From the NCBI GenBank assembly GCA_963818475.1, contig CAWFSF010000006.1, positions 1,024,001-1,088,000 on the forward strand: a stretch of DNA of 64,000 nucleotides. The letters are read 5' to 3'. Position numbers and translations under genes: made by a program. Below the pieces are notes generated by a model. It saw only the letters and a list, made by a program, of their open reading frames with translations, made no database searches and had not been told where the DNA came from. Numbering within the stretch: the stretch's first letter is position 1; each line of letters begins with the position of its first letter. The DNA comes from Nitrospirota bacterium. Its GTDB lineage: Bacteria > Nitrospirota > UBA9217. Below, one piece after another: positions 47,563 through 58,423 of this stretch.

Positions 47563-48270
47563 TTAACTGAAGATCACAAAAAATATCGCGGTCAAACCGG
47601 CCCCGATGGCCGCCCCGGCAAACACTTCGACCGGACGATGGATCCCCGAAGACCACCTGCTCCAGCTGACCATCAGGGCAAGGATGAATGTGAGCACGCC
47701 GACCGGCACACTTCTCGTCAGATAGACCGCCGCCGCCCATATCGAAAAAGATACGGCCGCGTGTCCGCTTGGCATGCCCCCCCGGAGCGGGTCTCCCTTG
47801 CCGAGCAGCGCCTTGATGAAAATGACGACGATGACGACGACCGCGAGCGATACAAATGCGATAACATCACTCGGTGCTTTCCGCGGGTGCCATTCACCCT
47901 GTGCGATGGCGGCCGTCAGGGCCGGGTACAGGATGAGGTATGCCAGGGTGAGCGCCCCGAATGACGCCAGAAGCACTACCCCGGCCGCGATGTCCTTGGC
48001 GATCTTGGCGAGCGGATGGTAGGTGTCCGAGATCATGTCGACGGTGACCTCGATGGCGGTGTTCAGCATTTCCATGGCCAGGACAAGGATGATCGCCATG
48101 CACAGCAGAATGAACTCGGTGCGGGTGATGTTCAAGCCGAGGCCCAGGACAAGGGTGCCCAGTGCCGCGAACAGGTGGTAGCGCATATGGCGCTGCGTCT
48201 TGACCGAGTAAATGATGCCCTCGATAGCCAGGTTCGCGCTCTGCACCCATGACCGTGGCCGCCATTTCAT
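47563..48270 (-). CDS. dgkA: DgkA-family kinase fused to a PAP2 phosphatase domain
   Basis: EMLNTAIE, AKDIAAG (DgkA); GGMPSGH, SR...IH (PAP2). Confidence 0.85.
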   Translation of the reverse strand: MKWRPRSWVQSANLAIEGIIYSVKTQRHMRYHLFAALGTLVLGLGLNITRTEFILLCMAIILVLAMEMLNTAIEVTVDMISDTYHPLAKIAKDIAAGVVLLASFGALTLAYLILYPALTAAIAQGEWHPRKAPSDVIAFVSLAVVVIVVIFIKALLGKGDPLRGGMPSGHAAVSFSIWAAAVYLTRSVPVGVLTFILALMVSWSRWSSGIHRPVEVFAGAAIGAGLTAIFFVIFS

Positions 48271-48704
48271 GTTCGCAGTCCCTTGAGCAGGTTCTGTTCC
48301 TTCATCCGCATGCTTCGGGCATCGGCCGCACCGCGCTCATGGTCGTAGCCGACCAGATGCAGGAGGCCATGGACCAGCAGGCGTTCCAGTTCCTGCTGCA
48401 GTGTAAGGCCCGCGTCAACAGCCTGTTGCCGTGCCACGGGCACCGATATGACGATATCCCCGAGCATGTCCGGCTGGACCCCGCCGAAACGCCCTTCGCG
48501 GAGCGAGAAGGAAAGAACGTCGGTGGTCCTGTCCTTGCCCCGATACTCCCGGTTGAGCGTTCGCATGGCTCGATCGCCGATAAAAAGCACGCTCAATTCG
48601 GCATCAGGAAGGTTGAGATTCTCCAACAACTTCGTGAGCAGCGCTTTTAACTTTGCCGCCGCCAGCTTTTGCTTCTTCTGGTTGTTTTTTATCCGGATGA
48701 TCAT
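48267..48704 (-). CDS. ybeY: rRNA maturation endoribonuclease YbeY
   Basis: LNREYRGKD, TDVLSF, LGDIVIS, HGLLHLVGYDH. Confidence 0.95.
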   Translation of the reverse strand: MIIRIKNNQKKQKLAAAKLKALLTKLLENLNLPDAELSVLFIGDRAMRTLNREYRGKDRTTDVLSFSLREGRFGGVQPDMLGDIVISVPVARQQAVDAGLTLQQELERLLVHGLLHLVGYDHERGAADARSMRMKEQNLLKGLRT

Positions 48705-50399
48705 TTCGTTTTCTTTCTCCCGGGAATTCCATGCCGGGATAGTCTATCCGATGATGGAAGATCCCATTGAGGGTGAGGTTGAAGCTCTTCGAGATCTCCC
48801 GCAGGTTCTTGAGCGTCAGATCGCATGAGCTGAGCTGGTCATCGAGGAAAATGCGGGTGATGACGCTGTTCGTCAGCGCCTGGATGCGCTGAGGCGTCGG
48901 GTCGTCGAGGGTCCGTGAAGCCGCTTCGACCGCATCGGAGAGCATCACGATGGCCGCCACTTTCGTGCGCGGGCGCGGACCGGGATAGCGGTAGTCCTCC
49001 TCGGCGATCTTGGCATAGGGCTGCAGCTCTTTTGCCTTCTGGTAAAAATAGGTGATGAGCGAAGTTCCATGATGCTGATGGATGATGTCGATGAGGGCAG
49101 TGGGCAGGTTGTGCTCACGTGCCACATCGATGCCGTCCTTCACATGCGATGCGATGATGAGGCTGCTCATGGACGGCATCAGCCGGTTATGTTTGTTGTC
49201 CTTGGGGTGCTGGTTCTCGATGAAATATTCGGGTTTGCGGATCTTCCCCACATCATGGTAATAGGCGCCGACGCGTGCAAGAAGCGGATTTTCGCCGATG
49301 GCCTCGGCTGCCGCCTCAGCCAGGTTGCCGATAAGAATGCTGTGATGATAGGTGCCGGGAGTAGTGTAGACCAGCTTCTTGAGGAGCGGCTGGTTCGGTT
49401 CCAGGAGTTCCAGGAGCTTGATGTCGGTGGCGATATCGAAGACCGCTTCGAAAAAAGGCAGGGTAGCCGAAACGATCATGGCAACGGCAATGGCTCCCAG
49501 GAAGCCGGCGCTCATATCGTACAGGCCGCGCGTCATAAGCTCCCCTTTATAGAAATCGATCCCGGCGATGGCGGTAATGTTCACCAGCGCCGTCAATGCC
49601 CCTGCCCTGAGCACCGCAGTCCGTTTTTTGCATTGGATGACCGAAAGTGCAGCAACAATGCTTCCCAGAAAATAGTACAGGGGGATAAAGGGGTCGCCTT
49701 GAAACGAGATGCCGAGCAGGATGCTGATCATGAAAGAAAAACCCAATGCCAGGTGGAAGTCCAGCAGAAGGCTCACCAGCATGGCTCCGGCCGTGACGGG
49801 CAGAGCAAACCCGATCGTGGCAGTTTCCAACTGCAGCTTGTCAGCCACGAGGAACAGGATATGTTTTGAGAATTGAGCAAGGATCACGGTCGCCAGCAGC
49901 AAAAAAGCGAGCAGAAACATTTTCCTGGTGTCTGCAATAAGGGCCGGGCGGTACCGTTTGATATCGCGGTAAAAAAGGTAGAACATCAGCAGGAACAGCA
50001 GGCTGAGGCCTCCATAGGCGTTCAGTCTGACCCTCCTGCTCCTCACGGCGGTCGATCTCTTCCAGTGCCCGAGCTGCATTTTCGGACACCCGGTGGCCGG
50101 CTTCGACAAGGACTTCACCCTTTTCCACTGAAAAAGAGAGCAGGGTCTGGTCAGTGCCCTGGTATTCAATGGACAGGGCACGGGGTGCCACGATATCACG
50201 CTCGGCGATGTCCCCTTTCTGGAGGTGCGGGACACGGGGGATCAGTATGATCGCGAGCAGCAGGGCGGTAACGAAGGCGATGCTGATGTTCGGAAAGCGC
50301 ACGGACCGCTTGAGGTCCTGCGGCGCAGTCGTCCTTTTCCGTCTCCTGGATAGGGACCTTCGGGATAAGTTTTAGGTTCGTATCATGCTTGGGATTCAT
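48604..50399 (-). CDS. 7TM-HD phosphohydrolase (PgpH-like; frameshifts ~50340 and ~50030)
   Basis: [11 protein letters not shown], seven TM helices, [33 protein letters not shown]. Confidence 0.85.
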
Positions 50400-51359
50400 C
50401 GTCAGCCTCGTATTTCTCGTATGCTTTGATGATCTGCTGGACAAGGCGGTGACGCACAACATCGCGGTGCGTAAAATAGACGAACCGGATGCCCTCGACG
50501 CCTTCCAGAATTTTTTGCACTTCGATCAGTCCCGAGTTCTTGTCGTTCGGCAGATCTATCTGGGTGACGTCTCCGGTGACTACGGTCTTTGAGTTGAATC
50601 CCAGGCGGGTAAGGAACATTTTCATCTGCTCGGTCGTGGTGTTTTGCGCCTCATCGAGGATAATGAACGAATCGTTCAGCGTGCGGCCGCGCATGAAGGC
50701 GAGCGGAGCGATCTCGATGTCCCCCCGCTCCACCAGTTTATTGGCTTTTTCGGTCTCGATCATGTCGTAGAGCGCATCATACAGGGGGCGAAGGTAGGGA
50801 TTGACCTTTTCATAGAGATCGCCGGGCAGGAATCCCGAGCTTTTCCCCTGCCTCGACGGCCGGACGTACGAGAATGATCCTGCTTACTTCCCGCCGCAGC
50901 AGGGCGGAAACAGCAGTGGCCATGGCGAGGTAGGTCTTTGCCGGTTCCCGCCGGTCCGATGCCGAAAACAATATCGTGTTGTTTGATTGCCTCGACGTAG
51001 GCGCGCTGGGTCTCGTTCTTCGGAGCGACCGGCCGTTTTTTATTCGACACGAGGATGGTCTTTTGAAAAATATCTTTCAAGCCTGCGGATGGATTGGCGG
51101 AAAAAGCCCGGATAGCGGCATGTACATCATCGCGATGAACGATGACTCCCCTGGTGAGCATATCGGCAAGCTGTCTGATAAGGAACTCGACCTGTGCGAC
51201 CGGCTCCTCCTCACCTTCGATCTGAAGCTTGTTCCCCCGGGCTGTCAGGACCACGCCATAAGCATTTTCGATCAACTTGAGATTTTTATCAAGATCTCCG
51301 AAAAGGCTCGGCAATGACGTTACGTCATCTATGACTACATGTGCTGCTGTATTTTTCAT
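50383..51359 (-). CDS. phoH: PhoH-family ATPase (frameshifts ~50938 and ~50834)
   Basis: GPAGTGK(T), [41 protein letters not shown]. Confidence 0.9.
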
Positions 51360-51415
51360 GAGGTTCAGGGTTTCGGTCGATCGCACCAAACTGCAGTCCC
51401 GCGCCATCTGATATG

Positions 51416-51444
51416 ATTGTAACATTCTGAAAAATCAAAGTCAA
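51416..51444 (-). promoter_or_regulatory. sigma70 promoter of the phoH operon
   Basis: Minus strand TTGACT-N17-TACAAT with a TG extension. Confidence 0.6.
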
Positions 51445-51462
51445 TTTCACTTTATTGTCCAC

Positions 51463-51993
51463 TTAGAAGTCAATGCCGCGCTGCGCGGGAACACCATGGT
51501 CATAGGGATGTTTGATGGCACGCATTTCAGTCACGAGGTCTGCGGCAGCAATGATGTCAGGGTGGGCGTTACGGCCCGTCAGGACCAGGTGAAGTTTAGC
51601 CGGTTTGCTCTTTACCAGTGCCATGACGTCCGCAAGGTCCAGCAGGCCCATGTTGACGGCATTATTGATCTCGTCCAGGATAAGCAGATCCCACGAGCCT
51701 GCATGCATCCGCTGCCGGGCAAGGTTCAGCGCTTCTCCGGCCGCCTGTTGATGCTCGGACCGTGTCGATGAGCCCGGGGGGCCGGAAACGAATCCTTTGC
51801 CCAGGGAAATAAAATCAATTTCCGGCGCAAGTCGTTCCACGGCACGGGCTTCTCCTGCGGCCGCCGGGCTCTTGATGAACTGCACCACGGAAACGTACAT
51901 TTTGTGACCCGAGGCACGCACTGCCATGCCGATGGCCGCGCTCGTTTTCCCCTTGCCGTCCCCCGTGAAGACGATGACCAGGCCGTTGTCCAA
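51463..51993 (-). CDS. cobO: cob(I)alamin adenosyltransferase (CobO/BtuR)
   Basis: TGDGKGKTSAA, VQFIK, ILDEI, LTGR, ADLVTEM..IKHP. Confidence 0.92.
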   Translation of the reverse strand: MDNGLVIVFTGDGKGKTSAAIGMAVRASGHKMYVSVVQFIKSPAAAGEARAVERLAPEIDFISLGKGFVSGPPGSSTRSEHQQAAGEALNLARQRMHAGSWDLLILDEINNAVNMGLLDLADVMALVKSKPAKLHLVLTGRNAHPDIIAAADLVTEMRAIKHPYDHGVPAQRGIDF

Positions 51994-52142
51994 ATTATTC
52001 CCCTCTCTGCGTGCATCAGGCACTAGCACGGCAAACATCACAGATGAAGATTACCACGTCTTATGAAGTGATGCACCAAAAAAATGAGAAAAACGCAGGA
52101 CACGCTTTACTTTTTATCGGCCCGGGATGTATAATGGCCGCA

Positions 52143-54159
52143 ATGTTTACTAGGAAATCCTTCATGCTCTTTATCTTACTCGCTTTGACGGCCGGACTCA
52201 TAGGCGGAGCATCAGGGTTCATTGTCTTTTCTATGTGGGACCTTCCCGAGATAGAGATGCTGGAGGAATATCGTCCGAGCATCACCTCCCGGGTCTATAC
52301 CGATACCAACCGGATGCTGGCGGAGTTTTACCTCGAGAACAGAACGCCGGTCGAGCTCACCGACGTCCCGGAAATGCTGACAAAAGCCCTCTTGGCTGCC
52401 GAGGACGCACGGTTTTATCAACACCACGGTCTTGATGTGCGCGGCATCGCGCGGGCACTGTACCGGAATCTGCGGGCGCACCGGATCCTGGAGGGCGGCA
52501 GTACGCTGACGCAGCAGCTTGCAAAGGTCCTCTTTCTCTCTCCGGACCGCACGTTTTCGCGTAAATTCAAAGAAATGGCGCTGGCGCTCCGCATCGAACA
52601 GCGCTATACAAAGCGGGAGATCCTCTCGCTCTATCTCAATCAGATCTATTTTGGGAACGGCGCCTACGGCGTGGAGGCTGCTGCACGTATCTATTTTGGC
52701 AAGCCAGCCAGGGACCTGAACCTTGCCGAATGCGCCATGATGGCCGGTCTTCCCCGGTCACCGAAGCGGTATTCACCATTCAAGGCGCCTGCAGCGGCAC
52801 TGGATCGCCGGGCCTATGTCCTGTCCCGCATGGCCAGAGCAGGCACTATTACGCAGCTCCAGGCTGATGAAGCTGTAAACGAGCCGCTTCCAGCAAGTCC
52901 CACTACTACGGTGCGCGGGGCTGATTCCTATGTCGTCGAATACATCCGTCAGAAGATCGAGGATCGCTTCGGTTCCAGCATTCTCTATTCGGGCGGCCTC
53001 AACATTTATACCACTATCAATGAACAGTTCCAGGAATATGCAAAACAAGCGGTCAAGGCCGGCCTTCCGCAAGTGGAGGCCCGCCACCGTCAGCTGTCTA
53101 AGCATCTGCAGCCCCCGCTGCAGGGTGCGCTCATTGCCATCGAGCCCTCAACGGGCCATATCCTTGCCATGGTCGGCGGCAGGGATTACGCGGAAAGCCA
53201 GTTCAACCGGGCCTGGCAGGCAGTTCGGCAGCCCGGTTCGGCATTTAAACCTTTGATCTTTGCCGAAGCCATCGAACGCGGATTCGGTCCATCGGACCTG
53301 CTCGATGATTCTCCCTTGACGGTCAAGCTCGATCGCAACAGGAGTTGGACTCCTGAGAACTTCAGCAGGAAGTTTCAGGGCGCAGTGACCCTTCGCCGCG
53401 CTTTGACAAAGTCCCTGAACGTGCCTACCGTTCGGCTGCTCGACAAACTCGGCATTGATCAGACGATTCAGTTCGCCCGGAACATGGGGATCGTGAGCCC
53501 GGTCGCTCCTTACTTGTCCATGGCGCTCGGCAGTTCTGACTGTGACGCTCCTTGAGTTGACGTCGGCATACTCGGTGCTGGCCAATCACGGAGTCCGGAT
53601 CGATCCCGTTGCCATTCTTCAGGTTACCGACAGCACTGGACGCGTTCTGTTTGCCGGTGACGCCGTTCCTGCTCAGGTGGTAAGGCCGGAAACAGCCTAT
53701 ATTATGACGAACCTTCTTCGTGGCGTCGTAGAGCGGGGAACGGCATGGAAGGCGCGTGAACTCGGCAGGCCTGTCGCTGGAAAAACCGGCACGGCAAACG
53801 ATTACCGTGATGCGTGGTTCATCGGTTATACTCCTGGTATCGTTGCTGGCGTTTGGGTAGGGTATGACGACCATCGAACCATCGGCCCCCGAGAAACGGG
53901 CGCACGCGCAGCCCTTCCGCTGTGGCTTGATTTCATGAAAAAAGCTCTTGACGGAAGAGAGCCTGAGGAGTTCACGGCCCCTGAAGGGATCGTTCTCAGG
54001 CAGATCGATGCCGCCACGGGATTACTGAGTACGGAAAAATGCAAGGACATCATCAGGGAAGCATATGTACCCGGAACAGAGCCGAGAATATATTGTCCTG
54101 AAAATGCTGCAGAGAGCGAGATGCCGGTGCAGGAGGATGAGGCTCCGGAAATACCATAA
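52143..54159 (+). CDS. class A penicillin-binding protein 1A (frameshift ~53540)
   Basis: GT51 motifs EDARF, GGSTLTQQL, RKFKE, YLNQIYFG; transpeptidase motifs SAFK, SLN, KTG. Confidence 0.9.
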
Positions 54160-54164
54160 TATTA

Positions 54165-54193
54165 TTGACACCGGTAAAAATATTTGTTACTGT
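54165..54193 (+). promoter_or_regulatory. sigma70 promoter of the diguanylate cyclase operon
   Basis: TTGACA-N17-TACTGT with a TG extension. Confidence 0.5.
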
Positions 54194-54226
54194 TGGTGAA
54201 AAAAGGTGAGCATTTCTATCACATCC

Positions 54227-55609
54227 ATGAAGATACCTATTTCTCAAACAATACTGGATAAAATAGTACCTACGAAGCTTTTTGCCAGGCTCAATATCGC
54301 CAGCAAGATGCTGCTCGGATACATGACCCTCGTACTGCTTACGGTCATCGTGGTGGTCTATGCGTTAGTCAGCCTTCAGCGGATCAACAACCTGAACAAG
54401 AGCATTGTAAAGACCGACATCCCTACCCATGAAGCCGCCGATAAAATGCTTGACACGCTCCTTGCTCAGGACACCTATGAAAAGCGCTTTCTTATATTGA
54501 AGAGCGAGGACATGAAAAAGCTCTTTGCAAAGCGCGGTGATGAGTTTAGATCATGGCTGCAGGTGCTCAAGGACCTTCCCGGAAAAAATACGGCTCCGAT
54601 CGAAACCCTGGAGAGGCTGCATGGCAATTACACCGAGCTGTTCGCCCGAGAAATCAAGCTGGCTAGGGCAAATAAGAACGAAGCCGCATATGCCATTTCA
54701 AATTCCAGCCTGAAACGCAATCTGGATAAACTCCTCGACACGTTGAAGACGGTGTCCGACCGTGCCCGGGATTCTCAGGACATTAAGATGCGGCAGATCA
54801 GTTCAGTAGGCGACCGGGCCTTCATTACGACCGCCATATTGTGCCTGGTCAGTATTCTTGCGGGAGCCCTTGCCGGCCTCATCGTGACCCATCATATCTC
54901 GTCGTCGATCAATAAATTGAAAGTTGCAACCGAACATATTGCTGATGGTAATTTCGATTACGACCCCGATATCCAGACGGAAGATGAGATCGGAGCGCTG
55001 TCAACGTCATTCCTGAGCATGGGAAAGCGCCTTCGGAAATTGGAGGAGATGTATCTGGATGCCAGTCCGCTCACGCGGCTGCCCGGCGGGATCGCCATCG
55101 AGAATGTTCTGAAAAAGAGGATCGATTCCGGACAACCGCTGGCATTTTGTGTGCTCGATCTCGATAATTTCAAGGCGTTCAACGATCGTTACGGATATGC
55201 CAACGGCAGCGAAGTGATCAAGGAAACGGCGCGCATTATTGAGAAGGCGGTCAAGACGAAAGGCACCCCTGATGATTTCATCGGGCATGTTGGCGGAGAT
55301 GACTACGTTGTTATTACGGTTCCCGATGCCATGAGAGAAGTCGCAGGTGAGGTCATCGCCCAGTTCGACCGAAGGATTCCCGAGTTTTACGAAAAAAGCG
55401 ACCGGGAAAAGGGATACATCCACGGCAAGACCAGACAGGGCGTTGATATGAAATTTCCGCTCATGACTATATCGATCGCCATCGTCACGAATGAGCGGAG
55501 AAAGCTCGCCAATGCACTGGAAGCGTCCGAAATCGCTGCAGAATTGAAGGATTATGCCAAGACCATTGCCAAAAGCGTTTTTGTCGTCGATAAGAGGAGA
55601 AATAATTGA
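54227..55609 (+). CDS. membrane sensor diguanylate cyclase (2TM, helical periplasmic domain, HAMP, GGDEF)
   Basis: DEIGAL HAMP, SPLTRLPG, DLDNFKAFNDRYG, GHVGGDDY. Confidence 0.88.
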   Translation: MKIPISQTILDKIVPTKLFARLNIASKMLLGYMTLVLLTVIVVVYALVSLQRINNLNKSIVKTDIPTHEAADKMLDTLLAQDTYEKRFLILKSEDMKKLFAKRGDEFRSWLQVLKDLPGKNTAPIETLERLHGNYTELFAREIKLARANKNEAAYAISNSSLKRNLDKLLDTLKTVSDRARDSQDIKMRQISSVGDRAFITTAILCLVSILAGALAGLIVTHHISSSINKLKVATEHIADGNFDYDPDIQTEDEIGALSTSFLSMGKRLRKLEEMYLDASPLTRLPGGIAIENVLKKRIDSGQPLAFCVLDLDNFKAFNDRYGYANGSEVIKETARIIEKAVKTKGTPDDFIGHVGGDDYVVITVPDAMREVAGEVIAQFDRRIPEFYEKSDREKGYIHGKTRQGVDMKFPLMTISIAIVTNERRKLANALEASEIAAELKDYAKTIAKSVFVVDKRRNN

Positions 55610-56079
55610 ACAAGCTGGCGCTGTTATTTCTATGCTTTTTAATAAGCCTCTCCGGATGCGCCCGTCTATCTGCTCCGAGGGGCCTTCCGCCAGTGCAGGA
55701 GGCTGAACTGCAGAATGCAGAAAACCTGTTCAATCAACGAAAATACAGTGATGCGGTGAACTCATATCGAAAAATACTGACAGCCTCCCCTGCTCCATCG
55801 CGCGTTGTTGCTGCCAAAGCGCAATATGGTATTGCTTTTGTCTTTGCGTACTATGATAATCCTCAGCGCAATTATGCGCAGGCGATTCAGGAACTCGATG
55901 AGTTCCTGTACTTGTATCCTGACAACGGCAGAGTGCGCGATGCACAGAACTTGCGGTTCATTCTCAAGGCGTTTATCGATGTCAAAAAGGAGAATGAGCA
56001 TCTGAATAAGAGCATCGAGCAGCTGAAAAACCTCGATATCAGGCACGAGGAGCGGCGGGGGGGAAATAACGGCAGTTGA
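55606..56079 (+). CDS. TPR/coiled-coil lipoprotein
   Basis: Lipobox LSGC, TPR-like helices, C-terminal IEQLKNLDIRHEERR; start overlaps the cyclase stop. Confidence 0.7.
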   Translation: MNKLALLFLCFLISLSGCARLSAPRGLPPVQEAELQNAENLFNQRKYSDAVNSYRKILTASPAPSRVVAAKAQYGIAFVFAYYDNPQRNYAQAIQELDEFLYLYPDNGRVRDAQNLRFILKAFIDVKKENEHLNKSIEQLKNLDIRHEERRGGNNGS

Positions 56080-56331
56080 GGTTGAGCCAAAATCGTTCAG
56101 TTGGCCGTTATTCTGATCGATGCTAGAACAAAAAATGAACCGAGTGGATCACCGGCATTTGATGCTGAATGGAAACAATCACGTGCTTCATTGAAGCGCT
56201 TGAGGCCATAGTAAGACGTCTGAGAAACGAATTTTTGTATGATGATGGTAAATGAGGGATTCTCATGCATGACTACTGATAATCGGTAATTTCAGTTGTA
56301 ATAATAAATAAATTTCTTACGAGCGGACATA

Positions 56332-58302
56332 ATGAAAAATTGGGACCGTTTTTTTTGTCAATTTCAAAAAGATGTTAAATTGTGGCTTTTCTGCTTTTTT
56401 TCTTTCGGCGTTTATCGCGGTGGTTTCATTTTTTACTTCAGGAATAAGATCGACAACGTGACTTCCGTGACAGACTTCCAGCAGGTATTTGTAAACGGTA
56501 TTCGTTACGACTCCATGGCAGCAACGGCATGGGTGATCCTCCCATTTTTGATGAGCGTTGGAAATGGCTTTTTCGATCTGGAACGGCGAACAGACGGTTT
56601 TCGTCGCAGTTGGGGAGAAATTTTCAGCGTTGTATTCGCAGGTGCTTGTGTTGTAACCGTCAACTATTTTAAAGAATTTAATGACCAGTTCAATCATTTT
56701 ATGGCAAATCTGCTGTTTGATGACCCAACTGCCATTATACGGATTATCTGGTCAGACTATCACGTTGTCGAGAATTTTTTTATCATTAGCGTGTTGACGG
56801 TGGTCTTAGTTGTGATTGTAAGACGAATGGTGAGCAAGGGTTTCCTGTCCCCAGAGATACTACAGAAGTACCCGTTAAATATTGCTACGCGAACACTGAT
56901 CTCTTTAATTATAGTAGTTTTTTTCTGCGCAGGGATACGAGGTTCTCTCAACCGTCATCCGCCCCAGCGAAACGATACCATCGTAACCGATGATGACTTC
57001 CTTAATAAAGCTGTGATGAATCCCTTTCTGGCATTCTATCTCACGGTGAGAGATTACATTCATCAGAACGATGTTGCTTCAGGTCTCGACGAATTTCTGC
57101 CGGACCATGACGTAAGGCGTGCGGCACAAGCAGTGTTCTTGAACAGCGCCACTTCAGATAATCTTGATGACTACTTCGAGAAAATTGCACCGGGAGCAAA
57201 AAATCCTCCAGCGCGCCATATTTTTTTCGTGGTGATGGAAAGCTTTGACTCATGGCCACTTTTGGAAAAATATGAGTTACTGCATCTTGCAGATAACCTC
57301 ACGCGGATTGCTCGTGAGGGTCTCATCGTGAAAAATTTCATTCCATCTACCGATAGTACGGGACATTCGCTATCCGTAATCATAACGGGATTACCCGTCT
57401 CAACCGTAAACATATCCGCTTCGATAAGGACTTTTCCAACATCTATAGCGAAAGCTTTCAAGCGACTGGGCTATAAAACAAACTTGTTTTACGGCGGTAA
57501 CGATAGCTGGTTGAATCTGAGTAAATTTGGGCGGGCGCAGGGCTTCGACGAGGTCTACGGCGCTAATCATATGCGGAGCAAAGATACATCCACAGCATGG
57601 CACATTCCTGATGAATATCTTTTTGACTTTGTTTTGACCAAAGTTGACGATTCCCATCCGAGTTTTAATGTGATCATGACGACCAGTTATCACCCGCCCT
57701 ACATTGTAAATGTCTATGAAAAAGGATTCCCGCTCAAAAGTATCCCCGAGAAATTCGACCCAAATCATGACAACCCCATAAATCTCAATGAATTGGGCCA
57801 CCTCTGGTATTCTGATAAGTGCCTCGGGTCTTTCGTTCAAAAGGCAGAGCAGCATTTAACGAGGGCTCTTTTCGCCATTACCGGCGATCACTTCAGTCGT
57901 CGTTTCATCAATTCCCATCCTGATTTCTACGAGCGGTCGTCGGTGCCGTTCGTTCTCTACGGCAAAGACGTACTCAAGGAAGTTCAGCTGCCGAAAGATA
58001 TCGCTGGCAGTCATATCGACATCGGCCCTACCTTGGTCGAGTTATCTGCACCAAAGGGATTCCGCTATTATTCTACAGGCACCAATTTACTTACGGCTGA
58101 TCAAAACCATGTCGGTATCGGCAGCTATAAGATCATGGGCACTGATTTCATGATCGACCTATCCTCTTCAGCCAAAATCCATCCACTGCGTGATTACCCA
58201 CTGCCTAAACAATTTCCCGATATTGACCAAATGAGAACCTTATTTAATCGCATGAGCGCCATTTCCTGGTGGAGGGTTGTCAATGGCTCTCAGTTGAAAT
58301 AA
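56332..58302 (+). CDS. LTA synthase (LtaS)/sulfatase-family membrane phosphotransferase
   Basis: About 5 TM helices, GIRG, VVMESF, catalytic-Thr region, SYHPPY, TGDH, GSHIDI. Confidence 0.85.
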   Translation: MKNWDRFFCQFQKDVKLWLFCFFSFGVYRGGFIFYFRNKIDNVTSVTDFQQVFVNGIRYDSMAATAWVILPFLMSVGNGFFDLERRTDGFRRSWGEIFSVVFAGACVVTVNYFKEFNDQFNHFMANLLFDDPTAIIRIIWSDYHVVENFFIISVLTVVLVVIVRRMVSKGFLSPEILQKYPLNIATRTLISLIIVVFFCAGIRGSLNRHPPQRNDTIVTDDDFLNKAVMNPFLAFYLTVRDYIHQNDVASGLDEFLPDHDVRRAAQAVFLNSATSDNLDDYFEKIAPGAKNPPARHIFFVVMESFDSWPLLEKYELLHLADNLTRIAREGLIVKNFIPSTDSTGHSLSVIITGLPVSTVNISASIRTFPTSIAKAFKRLGYKTNLFYGGNDSWLNLSKFGRAQGFDEVYGANHMRSKDTSTAWHIPDEYLFDFVLTKVDDSHPSFNVIMTTSYHPPYIVNVYEKGFPLKSIPEKFDPNHDNPINLNELGHLWYSDKCLGSFVQKAEQHLTRALFAITGDHFSRRFINSHPDFYERSSVPFVLYGKDVLKEVQLPKDIAGSHIDIGPTLVELSAPKGFRYYSTGTNLLTADQNHVGIGSYKIMGTDFMIDLSSSAKIHPLRDYPLPKQFPDIDQMRTLFNRMSAISWWRVVNGSQLK

Positions 58303-58423
58303 CGAGCCACTTTCATGCCCGATCGGCTCTCGTCAAGAGTGAACAGGCTGGATTTAAGTGGGTAAACTTTTGTCGAGGGTGACATTCCTATTCACAAACC
58401 AAGATGATCATGCACGCCACCGG

